Shown here one piece after another: positions 37,238-46,760 of a DNA stretch of 64,000 nt. Source of the DNA: Acidimicrobiales bacterium. Lineage in GTDB: Bacteria > Actinomycetota > Acidimicrobiia > Acidimicrobiales > Ilumatobacteraceae. How positions within the stretch are numbered: position 1 is the first letter of the stretch; every line of letters begins with the position of its first letter. The stretch is from assembly GCA_030832455.1 (NCBI GenBank), contig JAURJB010000001.1, positions 7,590 through 71,589 on the forward strand. The letters run 5' to 3'. The position numbers and the translations under genes were made by a program. The notes under the pieces are model-generated. The model saw nothing but the letters and a program-made list of their open reading frames with translations, searched no databases and was not told where the DNA came from.

Positions 37238-37402
37238 CACTCGTGGGATTACACCAGGGTGACTGAGAGGGGGTTTCCCCCAGGGTTGTCCACACCTGTT
37301 TCCACATTCGGAGTCTCGTCCGCAGGGGTTTATCCACAGGTATCCCCACAGGTTTTTGGGGCAGGGGTTGGCGAACGCACAATCTTGCGTCAGACTAGAG
37401 AT

Positions 37403-37456
37403 GTGAATCAGTACGGAGCACTCAACGCCAGCACTGCGATCATCATTATTCGTTAG
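37403..37456 (+). CDS. Candidate isoleucine leader peptide (M)NQYGALNASTAIIIIR
   Basis: GTG...ATC ATC ATT ATT CGT TAG gives four consecutive Ile codons just before the stop. It is followed by a hairpin and then a terminator upstream of cimA. The start codon is uncertain, because the frame is open back to GTG 37259. Confidence 0.5.
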   Translation: MNQYGALNASTAIIIIR

Positions 37457-37482
37457 GCGTGCGTCATCCGACGTACGCCCAA

Positions 37483-37506
37483 GCCGCCCAACCGGGCGGC
37501 TTTTTT
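37483..37506 (+). terminator. Intrinsic terminator in the cimA leader (attenuator)
   Basis: GCCGCCC-aacc-GGGCGGC followed by TTTTTT, 35 nt upstream of the cimA ATG. Confidence 0.7.
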
Positions 37507-37541
37507 CATCCCCAAAACCCGACAGCAGAGAAGAGCCATAG

Positions 37542-39116
37542 ATGACACAGCAACAACTCGTAGAAGTGTTTGACACCACATTGCGCGACGGCATGCAGGT
37601 GGAAGGCGTTTCGGCCAGTGTTGAAGACAAGTTACGTATTGCCGAACAACTTGATTATTTGGGCGTGCATTTCATTGAAGGCGGATGGCCTGGCGCAAAC
37701 CCGAAGGACATCGAGTTCTTTGCGCGCGCCAAGAAAGAGTTGTCGCTCACAACCTCAGAGTTGGTCGCCTTTGGATCGACACGTCGTCCGATGGGCAAAG
37801 TAGATGATGATGCGACGCTGCGCAACTTGATCGACGCGCAAACGGGCGCTGTATGCATTGTGGCTAAAGCATGGGACTATCACGTTGAACATGCTCTACA
37901 GACAACTCTTGCCGAAGGAATTGCAATGGTGTCTGATTCGGTTAAGTATCTGACATCACATGATCGTCGCGTGTTGGTTGACATGGAACATTTCTTTGAC
38001 GGCTTTGCGTCAAATCAAGAGTTCTCACTTCGCGTGTTGGAAGCAGCGATCATGGGCGGCGCAACTCATCTGGTGTTGTGCGACACCAATGGTGGATCGT
38101 TGCCCCACGATGTCATGCGCATCGTAAGCGAAGTGCAACGACATATCGGAACCGATGCAACCATCGGAATTCATTGCCATGATGACACGGGTTGCGCAGT
38201 TGCCAACTCGCTTGCTGCAGTACAAAGCGGTGCTCGTCACGTACAAGGAACATTGAATGGTCTTGGTGAGCGAACGGGAAACACCAACCTGACCACTGTG
38301 ATTCCAAACTTGCAGTTAAAGATGGGATTTGATTGCTTGCCAGAAGCACGTTTGGAGCGTCTCACTGCGGTGAGCAATTTCGTAGCCGAAGTGCTGAACC
38401 GTCCTCTTAATCCGCAGGCGCCATATGTTGGTGCATCGGCTTTTGCACACAAGGCTGGTTTGCATGTGTCTGCAATCTCGCGTGCAAAGGATGCCTACGA
38501 GCACATCGCACCCGAATTAGTTGGCAACGGAACCCGCTTTTTGGTCAGTGAAATGGCAGGTCGCGCAACGATCACGATGAAAGCTGAGGAACTTGGCCTC
38601 ACGATGGACGGCCCAGCGGTCAACCAAGTAATTGATGATCTCAAGCGCCTTGAGCACGAGGGATACCACTTTGAAGCAGCAGATGCTTCGCTTGAATTGC
38701 TGATGCGTCGTGCAACCGGTTGGCAACAAAACTTCTTCAGTGTCGAGTCGATGCGTGTGATTACGGATGAGTCGACTGCTGGATCATTTACCACTGAAGC
38801 AACGGTGAAGGTGTGGATCGGTGATCATCGTGAAGTGCGTGTTGCCGAAGGCAATGGCCCTGTAAATGCAATCGATACGGCATTGCGTTCAGCGTTACTC
38901 GAGAAGTTTCCGCAGCTGTCACGTGTTCACCTCACCGACTTTAAGGTGCGCATTCTTGATTCTGGTTCGGCAACAGGTGCCACAACCAGAGTGTTGCTTG
39001 ATGCATCGGACGGCGAGCGCACATGGACAACAATCGGTGTGTCGTCAAACATCATCGAAGCATCGTGGCGAGCACTTGAAGAGTCGTTGGTCTACGGGCT
39101 GTTGCATTCCAAGTAG
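37542..39116 (+). CDS. cimA: (R)-citramalate synthase-type member of the LeuA/HCS family
   Basis: FDTTLRDGMQ, FIEGGWPGANPKD and HCHDDTGCAVANS. The roughly 520-aa form with a C-terminal regulatory domain matches the CimA/LeuA-related clade. The Ile-codon leader upstream supports a role in Ile synthesis. Confidence 0.8.
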   Translation: MTQQQLVEVFDTTLRDGMQVEGVSASVEDKLRIAEQLDYLGVHFIEGGWPGANPKDIEFFARAKKELSLTTSELVAFGSTRRPMGKVDDDATLRNLIDAQTGAVCIVAKAWDYHVEHALQTTLAEGIAMVSDSVKYLTSHDRRVLVDMEHFFDGFASNQEFSLRVLEAAIMGGATHLVLCDTNGGSLPHDVMRIVSEVQRHIGTDATIGIHCHDDTGCAVANSLAAVQSGARHVQGTLNGLGERTGNTNLTTVIPNLQLKMGFDCLPEARLERLTAVSNFVAEVLNRPLNPQAPYVGASAFAHKAGLHVSAISRAKDAYEHIAPELVGNGTRFLVSEMAGRATITMKAEELGLTMDGPAVNQVIDDLKRLEHEGYHFEAADASLELLMRRATGWQQNFFSVESMRVITDESTAGSFTTEATVKVWIGDHREVRVAEGNGPVNAIDTALRSALLEKFPQLSRVHLTDFKVRILDSGSATGATTRVLLDASDGERTWTTIGVSSNIIEASWRALEESLVYGLLHSK

Positions 39117-39128
39117 GCTCGTCAACGT

Positions 39129-39653
39129 ATGGCTGCTCCAAAATTTGCCCCAGTAAGTGCAACCGAGTTGCCTCGAACATATGAGTCTCCTCAACATGTT
39201 CCCGATTCATGGCAGCCCGGTCGCCCTGGCGAAATTGATGGCAAGCAACCACGCGGTGCTGGCCTTGGTTTCCAAGGCCCAGACCAGGGTTACATCCTGA
39301 CGCTTGCTCGAGTTGCGCGTAACAAGATCAAAGTTCAACCAGGCGAGTCGGTTGACGATGCAATCCGCGGCTCAATTGGCATCGCACTTCGCCGCGCATC
39401 GATGTACGGACGTGCACCCGTGATGCATGACTTGACGTTTGCGCTAACGATGTGGGGATGGTTGATTGACGATGTGCCTGCCGATTTGTTGGCTCGACGC
39501 AAGGAACTATTTGTTGGCGTGGGCGACGCAGCACATTCGTATTACGAAGTACGCGAGATCGTTGGATTGGTTCCAGAAACCACATATCAACTCACGATTG
39601 ATCAATTGACCGCCAGCACTCCGGTTTCTTGGCGTGCACTGACAGGGGCGTAG
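39129..39653 (+). CDS. Hypothetical protein
   Basis: 174-aa ORF, tightly packed between cimA and the MOSC gene. No motif recognised. Confidence 0.55.
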   Translation: MAAPKFAPVSATELPRTYESPQHVPDSWQPGRPGEIDGKQPRGAGLGFQGPDQGYILTLARVARNKIKVQPGESVDDAIRGSIGIALRRASMYGRAPVMHDLTFALTMWGWLIDDVPADLLARRKELFVGVGDAAHSYYEVREIVGLVPETTYQLTIDQLTASTPVSWRALTGA

Positions 39654-39656
39654 TAC

Positions 39657-40199
39657 TTGCCAACCACAGTTATTGGCGTACATCTGTCGCCGCAGCACAC
39701 GTTCACCAAGCAAGCACAAGGAGTTATTGAGCTTGTTGCTGGCGAGGGAGTGAAGGGCGATGCCCATGCTGGGGCAACGGTCAAGCATTCATACCTGAAA
39801 GTGAAGCGTGCCGATAAGCCCAACTTGCGTCAAGTGCATCTCATCGCCATAGAACTGATTGAAGAGTTGCGACGCGAGGGCTTCAATGTTGAACGCGGAT
39901 CAATGGGGGAAAACATCACGACAAGTGGTGTACACCTCACGTCGTTGCCACACGGCACACGTTTAGTATTTGCAAGTGGTGCAGCAATCGAGCTGACGGG
40001 AATCAGAACTCCGTGCAAACAGCTCAATGGTTTTCAGGATGGGTTACTCGATGCTGTTCGTGAAAAGAATGAAGCAGGCGAATTCCGCAGACCAGTGGGA
40101 GTGCTTGGAGTAGTGGTAGCAAGTGGAATAGTTGCGCCGCAAGATGCAATCACGGTGCAATTGCCCACCAGCGCGCATCGGCCGATGGACTTCATTTAA
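39657..40199 (+). CDS. MOSC domain-containing protein
   Basis: GDAHAG, RQVHLI, GENITT and GIRTPCKQL (conserved Cys) motifs. TTG start. Confidence 0.8.
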   Translation: MPTTVIGVHLSPQHTFTKQAQGVIELVAGEGVKGDAHAGATVKHSYLKVKRADKPNLRQVHLIAIELIEELRREGFNVERGSMGENITTSGVHLTSLPHGTRLVFASGAAIELTGIRTPCKQLNGFQDGLLDAVREKNEAGEFRRPVGVLGVVVASGIVAPQDAITVQLPTSAHRPMDFI

Positions 40200-40568
40200 C
40201 TACAGCGCAAATTTTTCTAGGTCAGAAAGATTGACGAACTCGAGCGTGTGAATGTGGGTTGCTGCAAGATTGACTTGTGGAGCCATTCCGGCTTCAAAGG
40301 CCTCCTGCCACCGAGATGCACATAGGCACCAGTGATCTCCCGCTTTCAAACCTGCGAACCCGTACTGAAGCATTGGGGTAGACAGATCGTTGCCGCGTGA
40401 CTTTGAGAACGCAAGGAACTCATCAGTCATGACCGCACACACGGTGTGCACTCCCGTATCGTCGCCGCCTGTTTCGCAGCATCCCGTGCGATACCAGCCA
40501 GTGAGTGGCGAAGTGCAACATGTTTCTATTGGATTGCCGTAGACATTAACTTGAGTTCCGATCGTCAT
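40200..40568 (-). CDS. DUF2237 family protein
   Basis: NVYGNPIETCC..PLTGWYRTGCCETG....HTVCA....GDHWCLCASRW pattern. Start trimmed to MTIGTQ (ATG 40568), since the ORF-track GTG 40625 would abut the gltX ATG. Confidence 0.75.
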   Translation of the reverse strand: MTIGTQVNVYGNPIETCCTSPLTGWYRTGCCETGGDDTGVHTVCAVMTDEFLAFSKSRGNDLSTPMLQYGFAGLKAGDHWCLCASRWQEAFEAGMAPQVNLAATHIHTLEFVNLSDLEKFAL

Positions 40569-40625
40569 GCCTTCAACATAGTGTTCATTGAGGGTCGGTG
40601 CTTTGCTCAGATAGCCTGAAATCAC

Positions 40626-42038
40626 ATGTCAACATCACCGCGTTATCGATTTGCACCTTCACCAACTGGCTATTTCCACGTAGGTGGTGCCCGTACCGCG
40701 TTGTACAACTGGTTGCTTGCACTCAAAAACAACGGAACATTCGTATTGCGTATTGAAGACACCGATGAATCACGAAATGAACCGCAGTGGACGCAAGGAA
40801 TCATTGATGCACTTGCATGGATCGGCATTGATAGCAAGGATTCACATTTTGAGGGGCCGTATTTCCAGTCCACCTATGCAGCAGAACATGTTGCAGCAGC
40901 GCACAAACTTTTTGAATCGGGCAATGCCTATTACTGCGATCAGACGTCTGAGCAAATTCAGGAGCGTGCGAAAGCCGCAGGATTAAACGGTTACGACGGC
41001 TTTTCGCGAGACCGAAAACTTGGCCCAGGACTGGGTCATGTATTGCGCTTCCGTGTACCCGAGGGAAAAACCATCGTGCACGACACGGTGCGCGGGGCAG
41101 TGGAGTTTGACAACACGACAATCGAAGACTTCGTGTTGTTGCGAAGTAACGGAACACCTGTGTTCTTGATTGCCAACGTGGTGGATGACATCACCATGAA
41201 CATCACTCATGTTGTGCGCGCCGAAGAACATTTGCCCAACACACCAAAACAGCAAATGTTGTGGGAGGCACTAGGCCATCAGCCGCCAGTCTGGGCACAC
41301 GTTCCCGTATTGGTAAACGAGCAGCGCAAGAAGTTGTCGAAGCGACGTGACAAAGTTGCTGTCGAGCAATATCGCGAAGAAGGCATCTTGCCAGAAGCAA
41401 TGATCAACTATTTGATGACGCTGGGTTGGGCGCCAAGTGGTGATACCGAAATCGTTCCGCTGCAGCAAATTCAAGATGAGTTTCGACTTGAAGACGTCAA
41501 TCATTCACCAGCATTTTTTGATATCAAAAAGTTGCAAGCATTCAACGGCGAATACATTCGCCTAATGACACCCGAGCGATTTATTGCTGCGGCAAACGAG
41601 GTATTGACAAGTGCTGCCGCAACGTGGCCGGCAGAGCAATATAAGCCTGAACTCTTTGCTGCAATGGCATCGCTCGTGCAAACGCGTGTTGTAGTGATGG
41701 CTGAAGTGGTTGCGATGGTTGACTTTTTGTTTTTGGAAGAGCCACCAATTGACGAAGCTGCATTTACCAAGTCATTTTCGTCCGACTTTGCACAACCAAC
41801 GCTGACCGAAATTGCTGAAGCGTTTGAGCGCATTGACTGGAACGTAGAAAGCATTAAGGCAGCAGTAGAAGAAGTTGGTGCACGTCATGATGTGAAGCTT
41901 GGAAAGCTGCAAGGCCCACTACGAATTGCAATCACGGGACGCCCTGTTGGTCCGCCGCTGTTCGAACCGATCGAGTTGCTTGGGCGACAAGAGTCGTTGC
42001 GTCGAATACGTGCAGCACTTGTGCGTGCAACCGCATAG
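40626..42038 (+). CDS. gltX: Glutamate--tRNA ligase
   Basis: [22 protein letters not shown] (HIGH-type) and KLSKRR (KMSKS). Confidence 0.95.
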   Translation: MSTSPRYRFAPSPTGYFHVGGARTALYNWLLALKNNGTFVLRIEDTDESRNEPQWTQGIIDALAWIGIDSKDSHFEGPYFQSTYAAEHVAAAHKLFESGNAYYCDQTSEQIQERAKAAGLNGYDGFSRDRKLGPGLGHVLRFRVPEGKTIVHDTVRGAVEFDNTTIEDFVLLRSNGTPVFLIANVVDDITMNITHVVRAEEHLPNTPKQQMLWEALGHQPPVWAHVPVLVNEQRKKLSKRRDKVAVEQYREEGILPEAMINYLMTLGWAPSGDTEIVPLQQIQDEFRLEDVNHSPAFFDIKKLQAFNGEYIRLMTPERFIAAANEVLTSAAATWPAEQYKPELFAAMASLVQTRVVVMAEVVAMVDFLFLEEPPIDEAAFTKSFSSDFAQPTLTEIAEAFERIDWNVESIKAAVEEVGARHDVKLGKLQGPLRIAITGRPVGPPLFEPIELLGRQESLRRIRAALVRATA

Positions 42039-42047
42039 GAATATTTC

Positions 42048-42650
42048 GTGAACAAAGGCCGCACATTTGTAGCCCTGATGTGTGGTGCAGTGTTGTATGT
42101 GGTTGCCAATATCGCACAAGTGTGGGTGGTGGGGCGCTCGGATCAAGCGCGCAGTGTTGATGCGATCGTGGTCATGGGAGTGGCACAGTATGACGGGCGA
42201 CCATCTCCGCAGTTGCAAGCGCGGCTAGACCACGTGCTGGCGTTGTGGGGCACGGGGGTGACACAACTCGTGATCACAACTGGTGGCAATCAGCCGGGCG
42301 ACCGTTTCACCGAGGCCCGTGCTTCTGCCGATTATTTGATTGCAGGTGGTGTTGACGAAACCCTGATTGCGATGGAAGACCTTGGGTCAACATCGTTGCA
42401 GTCACTGCGCGGTGTTGCCGAAATCATGAAGTCACGGAACCTGGAGTCAGTGCTGATCGTGACCGATCCGTATCACGCGTTGCGCTCGCGTTTGATTGCG
42501 CAAGATCTTGGGCTCGTTGCGTATGTGTCTCCGACCCCGAGTTCGACGGTGAGAGGAAATACAGAACTACGGCGCATGATCAACGAAGGTCTGGGCGTGT
42601 CGGTGGCGTACGTATTGGGTTTTGAGCGACTGGATTCACTCACCAATTAG
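42048..42650 (+). CDS. YdcF/ElyC-like DUF218 protein
   Basis: N-terminal TM segment, then DAIVVMG...ITTGG...VTDPYH, characteristic of DUF218. GTG start. Confidence 0.75.
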   Translation: MNKGRTFVALMCGAVLYVVANIAQVWVVGRSDQARSVDAIVVMGVAQYDGRPSPQLQARLDHVLALWGTGVTQLVITTGGNQPGDRFTEARASADYLIAGGVDETLIAMEDLGSTSLQSLRGVAEIMKSRNLESVLIVTDPYHALRSRLIAQDLGLVAYVSPTPSSTVRGNTELRRMINEGLGVSVAYVLGFERLDSLTN

Positions 42651-42703
42651 CGATTTTGTATTGCGACGGATTTGGGGAAGCCGATAACCTTGCGTCATCA
42701 CTC

Positions 42704-42775
42704 TGGGGAGTGGTGTAACTGGCAACACAGCAGATTCTGGTTCTGTTATTCAGGGTTCGATTCCTTGCTCCCCAA
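42704..42775 (+). tRNA. tRNA-Gln (anticodon CTG)
   Basis: Manual cloverleaf. Acceptor TGGGGAG/CTCCCCA (U1-A72, as in bacterial tRNA-Gln). D arm GTGT-AACTGGCA-ACAC. Anticodon stem GCAGA/TCTGT with loop TTCTGGT. T arm CAGGG-TTCGATT-CCTTG. CCA is not encoded. Confidence 0.85.
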
Positions 42776-42783
42776 CAATTGAT

Positions 42784-43824
42784 TTAGTCGTCGTGTTGCG
42801 GAATCAGCACAAACTTGCCCACATGGTTCTTTTCTAAGAACTCCTGTTGCGCAGCAACAATTTCACTCAGTGCAAATGTCTTTGCCACGAGTGGTCGCAA
42901 TGCATTGGTCTCGATGTAGGAAATGAGGCTGGGGAACACGGGCTCATCCCAAGCAGTGCAGCCAATCAAGGTGACATCTTTGAGATACATGGTTCGAAGA
43001 TCAAGATTGACCATTGGTCCACCAATTGCACCCGATGATGCGTATCGCCCGCCTCGCTTCAAGGTGACAAGTTCGCCGGAAAAGTGAGGTCCGCCAACGT
43101 TGTCAATCACAACATCAACGGACTCTTCACCCAACTCGTTCACCAAGTCGCACTCGCGGTCAACAACATGGTCGGCGCCCAGTGCACGAATGTGATCAAT
43201 CTTTGCTGCACCTGCAATTGCGGTAACACGAGCCCCACGAATTTTTGCCAGTTGCACAACAGCAGAACCCACGCCACCAGATGCCCCCGCAACCAGCACG
43301 TGATCACCCGCTTGCACGCGAGCACGTTGCACCATGTTCTCTGCAGAGCCGTAGCTGCACGGAATCGATCCAAGTTCAGCATCGGTCCATGAGGAGTTGA
43401 TGGGAAAGACTTCGTTGGCTGGAACTTTTACATACTGTGCAAATGCACCGTTGAAATCAGATCCCATCCAAATGTTGACCATGTTGTCAAAACCATGTGG
43501 CCGCATGCATGAGCGAATGAGCACGCGCTGTTCAAGCAAGTGAGCATCGCTTGTGTCTGCAACCTGAGTGACCACCCCGCAGCAATCGGTGCCTTGGATA
43601 AACGGGAATGGGGTAGGGATATGCCAACCGCCGCCTGAATACCAGCCGATGCGTGTATTGATCTCGGTGTTGTTGACGCCGGCAGCCAAGACCTTGACGA
43701 GCACTTCGCCTGCGCCGAGTTCGGGCATAGGAACATCGCAATAGACGAGTTGCTCAAACCCGCCGTTTCCCATGGTGAGAACTGCTTTCACGGGCTTAAC
43801 ACTAGAGACAATTGAGAAAGACAA
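42784..43824 (-). CDS. Zinc-type alcohol dehydrogenase / quinone oxidoreductase (MDR superfamily)
   Basis: GEVLVKVLAAGVN and the nucleotide motif VAGASGGVGSAVVQLAK. The start is ambiguous (TTG 43824 or GTG 43791). Confidence 0.85.
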   Translation of the reverse strand: MSFSIVSSVKPVKAVLTMGNGGFEQLVYCDVPMPELGAGEVLVKVLAAGVNNTEINTRIGWYSGGGWHIPTPFPFIQGTDCCGVVTQVADTSDAHLLEQRVLIRSCMRPHGFDNMVNIWMGSDFNGAFAQYVKVPANEVFPINSSWTDAELGSIPCSYGSAENMVQRARVQAGDHVLVAGASGGVGSAVVQLAKIRGARVTAIAGAAKIDHIRALGADHVVDRECDLVNELGEESVDVVIDNVGGPHFSGELVTLKRGGRYASSGAIGGPMVNLDLRTMYLKDVTLIGCTAWDEPVFPSLISYIETNALRPLVAKTFALSEIVAAQQEFLEKNHVGKFVLIPQHDD

Positions 43825-43847
43825 TCGGTAGCCTTATCTCGCTACTT

Positions 43848-43920
43848 GGCCCCATCGTCTAGTGGCCTAGGACACTACCCTCTCAAGGTAGCGGCACGGG
43901 TTCGAATCCCGTTGGGGCTG
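43848..43920 (+). tRNA. tRNA-Glu (anticodon CTC)
   Basis: Manual cloverleaf. Acceptor GGCCCCA/TGGGGCT (G1-U72 wobble, as in actinobacterial tRNA-Glu). D region TCTAGTGGCCTAGGA. Anticodon stem CTACC/GGTAG with loop CTCTCAA. T arm ACGGG-TTCGAAT-CCCGT. Confidence 0.85.
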
Positions 43921-43960
43921 CAAATCGCTTAAGAAAACGTGTTGCGAAATACTCTCGTCG

Positions 43961-45415
43961 CTATTTCAGTTGGCTAGCAGCGGGGTAGCGATGTGCCCAT
44001 GGCATCGCCTCCTCTAGTTGGGATGCAAGGCGGATGAGCAGATCTTCGCGACCATACGCAGCGACTAGTTGAATGCCAACAGGCAAACCCGTTGCAGTTG
44101 AATGCAATGGCAGGCTGATTGCTGGTTGACCGCTGGTATTAAATGCGGGAGTGAACGGCACAAAATCTGCAGCGACTTTCATTGGTTTCATCGGATCCCG
44201 TGGATCGTTGTCAAATGATCCAATCGGTAGAGGAATGCGACCTGTAGTTGGTGTAACCAAGATGTCCCATCCATCTGCCCACCATTGTTGCACTGCGCGA
44301 CGGAAATGTGACGTTGACAATATTGCGTTGGCATAGTCGGTTGCCGAAGCACTTTTTGAATATTCGGCCATTGTCCAGTTGACAAGTTCGAAATCGTCCG
44401 CTGTCACATCGCGGCCCAGCATTTCGGCTGTGCTCTCGCGGGCTACCGACATATTGGTACTCCATATTGAAGTGAACTTTGGTGCAAACGATTGGTCTGC
44501 GAGCGCAGTTGGCCACGATTCTTCAACAGTGTGGCCAAGTTGTTGCAGCACGCTGACAACACGGTGAACACCTTCTGCGCATTCAGGATCAATGGAGCCT
44601 GGTGTTGGTCGGTGATCGAGGAAACCAATCTTGAGAATTCCGGTTGGTGCTCCAACTTCTTGCACGTATGGGCGCAGAGGTGGCGGTGCAATGACACGGT
44701 CGCCAACGGATGGGCCTTGTGCAATGTCGAGCATGATTGCGGTATCGCGAACCGTTCTGCTGACAACCAGCTCAACTCCAAGATTTGTTTCATCTCGATT
44801 CGGTGCAGCAGTGATGCGACCTTGGCTCACTTTCAATCCGACTAATCCGCAGCACGCAGCAGGAATGCGCACTGAGCCGCCACCATCTGTTGCATGAGCC
44901 GCTGGAACAATTCCGGCAGCAACCGCTGCAGCACTACCGCCACTCGATCCACCAGCCATCCGCGTGAGGTCCCATGGATTACGCGTTGGGCCCCATGCTT
45001 CGGGTTCGGTGGTTGGCAAACTGCCAAACTCGGGTGAATTACCACGACCAAAAATGAGTAGACCTGCATTGATGAATCGCTGAACAATCTCTGCCGAGTA
45101 GTTGGAGTTTGCTGCTGCAGCCTTGAGCGCTTTGTTGCCGTTGGAGAGCGGAAAGCCATTCATTGCGGCATGCAGATCTTTGAGGATGAACGGAACACCG
45201 CGTAGTGGCATTGAAGCATTTGCGTGCTGGTTGCGTGCCATGTCTCGTGCTTGTTCGAACCATGTGAACGTAAGTGCATTGATTGCGGGGTTCAGTTGTT
45301 CTGCGCGTTCGATCGCTGCATCTAGTAACTCGAGCGGGGTGACCTGACCCGAACCCACAAGCTCTGCCTGTCCGATGGCATCTATCCACTGCGTGTCGTG
45401 TGCCAGCGATGTCAT
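43961..45415 (-). CDS. Amidase (amidase-signature family)
   Basis: [14 protein letters not shown] signature and the catalytic-triad context (KD...GGS). Confidence 0.88.
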   Translation of the reverse strand: MTSLAHDTQWIDAIGQAELVGSGQVTPLELLDAAIERAEQLNPAINALTFTWFEQARDMARNQHANASMPLRGVPFILKDLHAAMNGFPLSNGNKALKAAAANSNYSAEIVQRFINAGLLIFGRGNSPEFGSLPTTEPEAWGPTRNPWDLTRMAGGSSGGSAAAVAAGIVPAAHATDGGGSVRIPAACCGLVGLKVSQGRITAAPNRDETNLGVELVVSRTVRDTAIMLDIAQGPSVGDRVIAPPPLRPYVQEVGAPTGILKIGFLDHRPTPGSIDPECAEGVHRVVSVLQQLGHTVEESWPTALADQSFAPKFTSIWSTNMSVARESTAEMLGRDVTADDFELVNWTMAEYSKSASATDYANAILSTSHFRRAVQQWWADGWDILVTPTTGRIPLPIGSFDNDPRDPMKPMKVAADFVPFTPAFNTSGQPAISLPLHSTATGLPVGIQLVAAYGREDLLIRLASQLEEAMPWAHRYPAASQLK

Positions 45416-45450
45416 TGTGATTACCCCCGATTGATTAGGGTTTACATCCT

Positions 45451-46731
45451 GTGACTAACCCCGAAGCCGTTCTTCAACTTACTGCGCGAGACGTGTTGAA
45501 GTCTTCATCGGTGCGCCGCATGCTCACATCGAGCTTCGCCTTCTATGTCGGTGTCATGCTTCAGGCCGCCACGCTCGGTAAACACATTTTCGATATCACG
45601 GGCAGAGCAATTGATATCGGCTGGCTTGGATTGGCGGAGTTTGCACCTATCGCATTACTGGTATTTGTCAGCGGAAGCGTTGCCGACAGATTCAACCGTA
45701 AACACGTTGCGGCTATTGCACTTACTGGGGAATTGATGTGTGCCGTGGCATTGGTTGGGTATTCGCTGTCTATTAAAGGAGTCGAGAACCCTGCGGTGTG
45801 GCCATTTTTTGTGATTGGCATTGTTTTTGGCTCGTGTCGAGCATTTCTTTCGCCAGCAGTGCGCTCGATGTATCCCATGGTTGCCCCAGATGGTGGATTG
45901 CCCCCAATTATCGCGATGAGTTCTGCGGTATGGACATCAGCGATGATTATTGGGCCGGCCGCCTCCGGATTGCTGTACAGCGTTGATCCGTGGATGCCGT
46001 ATGCAACAACGGCAATTCTCACACTCATCGGAATCATTGGGATCTTGCGAGTGCAGTTTTTGCGCGAACCTCCGCCGCGCGACCCAAACGCAAAGGTGAC
46101 AGTGCGCTCGGCAATGGAAGGTCTGCACTTTGTTCGACGAACCCCAATTTTGTTGGCCGTGATTTCGTTAGACCTGTTTGCGGTGTTGTTTGGTGGTGCA
46201 GTTGCATTGCTTCCGGTAATCGCCGAAGAACAACTGGGTGTTGGAGATGTTGCATATGGTTGGTTGCGTGCGGCAGGAGGAATAGGTGCAGCATCGATGG
46301 CGGTGTTCTTGGCGATGCGTCCACTCCGCAGAAACGTTGGGCGATCGTTATTGATCGCGGTCGGAGTATTTGGCTTAGCGACCATTGTGTTGGGGGACAC
46401 GTCTAATTACACCGTTGCGTTCATTGCGGTTGTAGTACTCAGTGCAGCCGACATGGTGAGCGTGTTCATTCGCGGGTCGATAGTTCCGCTTGTCACGCCT
46501 GATGAAAAACGCGGTCGAGTTTCGGCAGTAGAAAATGTATTTATTGGGGCAACTAATGAACTGGGAGCATTTGAATCTGGTGTTGCTTCGCAAGCCTTTG
46601 GCACACCAGCAACAGTGATCGGTGGAGGCGTGGCCACGATTGCCATAGTTGGAGTGTGGTGGATCGGTTTCCCGTCACTGCGCAAAATAGACCGATTTAG
46701 TGATTTAGAAACAGGCGAGAACCCCGCATAG
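45451..46731 (+). CDS. MFS transporter (12-TMS, EntS-like)
   Basis: 12 hydrophobic segments and the SGSVADRFNRK loop motif. GTG start. Confidence 0.8.
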   Translation: MTNPEAVLQLTARDVLKSSSVRRMLTSSFAFYVGVMLQAATLGKHIFDITGRAIDIGWLGLAEFAPIALLVFVSGSVADRFNRKHVAAIALTGELMCAVALVGYSLSIKGVENPAVWPFFVIGIVFGSCRAFLSPAVRSMYPMVAPDGGLPPIIAMSSAVWTSAMIIGPAASGLLYSVDPWMPYATTAILTLIGIIGILRVQFLREPPPRDPNAKVTVRSAMEGLHFVRRTPILLAVISLDLFAVLFGGAVALLPVIAEEQLGVGDVAYGWLRAAGGIGAASMAVFLAMRPLRRNVGRSLLIAVGVFGLATIVLGDTSNYTVAFIAVVVLSAADMVSVFIRGSIVPLVTPDEKRGRVSAVENVFIGATNELGAFESGVASQAFGTPATVIGGGVATIAIVGVWWIGFPSLRKIDRFSDLETGENPA

Positions 46732-46760
46732 AAATTGGTTCGGCAACTACTCTGATTGGT

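Noticed and set aside
37401-37406. ATGTGA minimal start-stop ORF overlapping the GTG of the Ile leader
   Set aside because: It is interesting in form, but a 6-nt coincidence cannot be supported as a feature. The in-frame Ile-rich ORF is the better explanation of this region.
36956-37630. 224-aa minus-strand ORF covering the ilvE 3' end, the whole cimA leader and the cimA start
   Set aside because: It runs antisense through two strong genes and through the terminator hairpin. Its composition is not protein-like.
42776-43847. Possible genomic islet integrated at tRNA-Gln
   Set aside because: I found no integrase, no direct repeat of the tRNA 3' end, and only a single ordinary oxidoreductase gene. 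It is kept only as a low-interest synteny note.
45561-46400. 279-aa ORF antisense to the MFS transporter
   Set aside because: It is a shadow ORF within a well-supported 12-TMS transporter, with no motifs and a biased composition.
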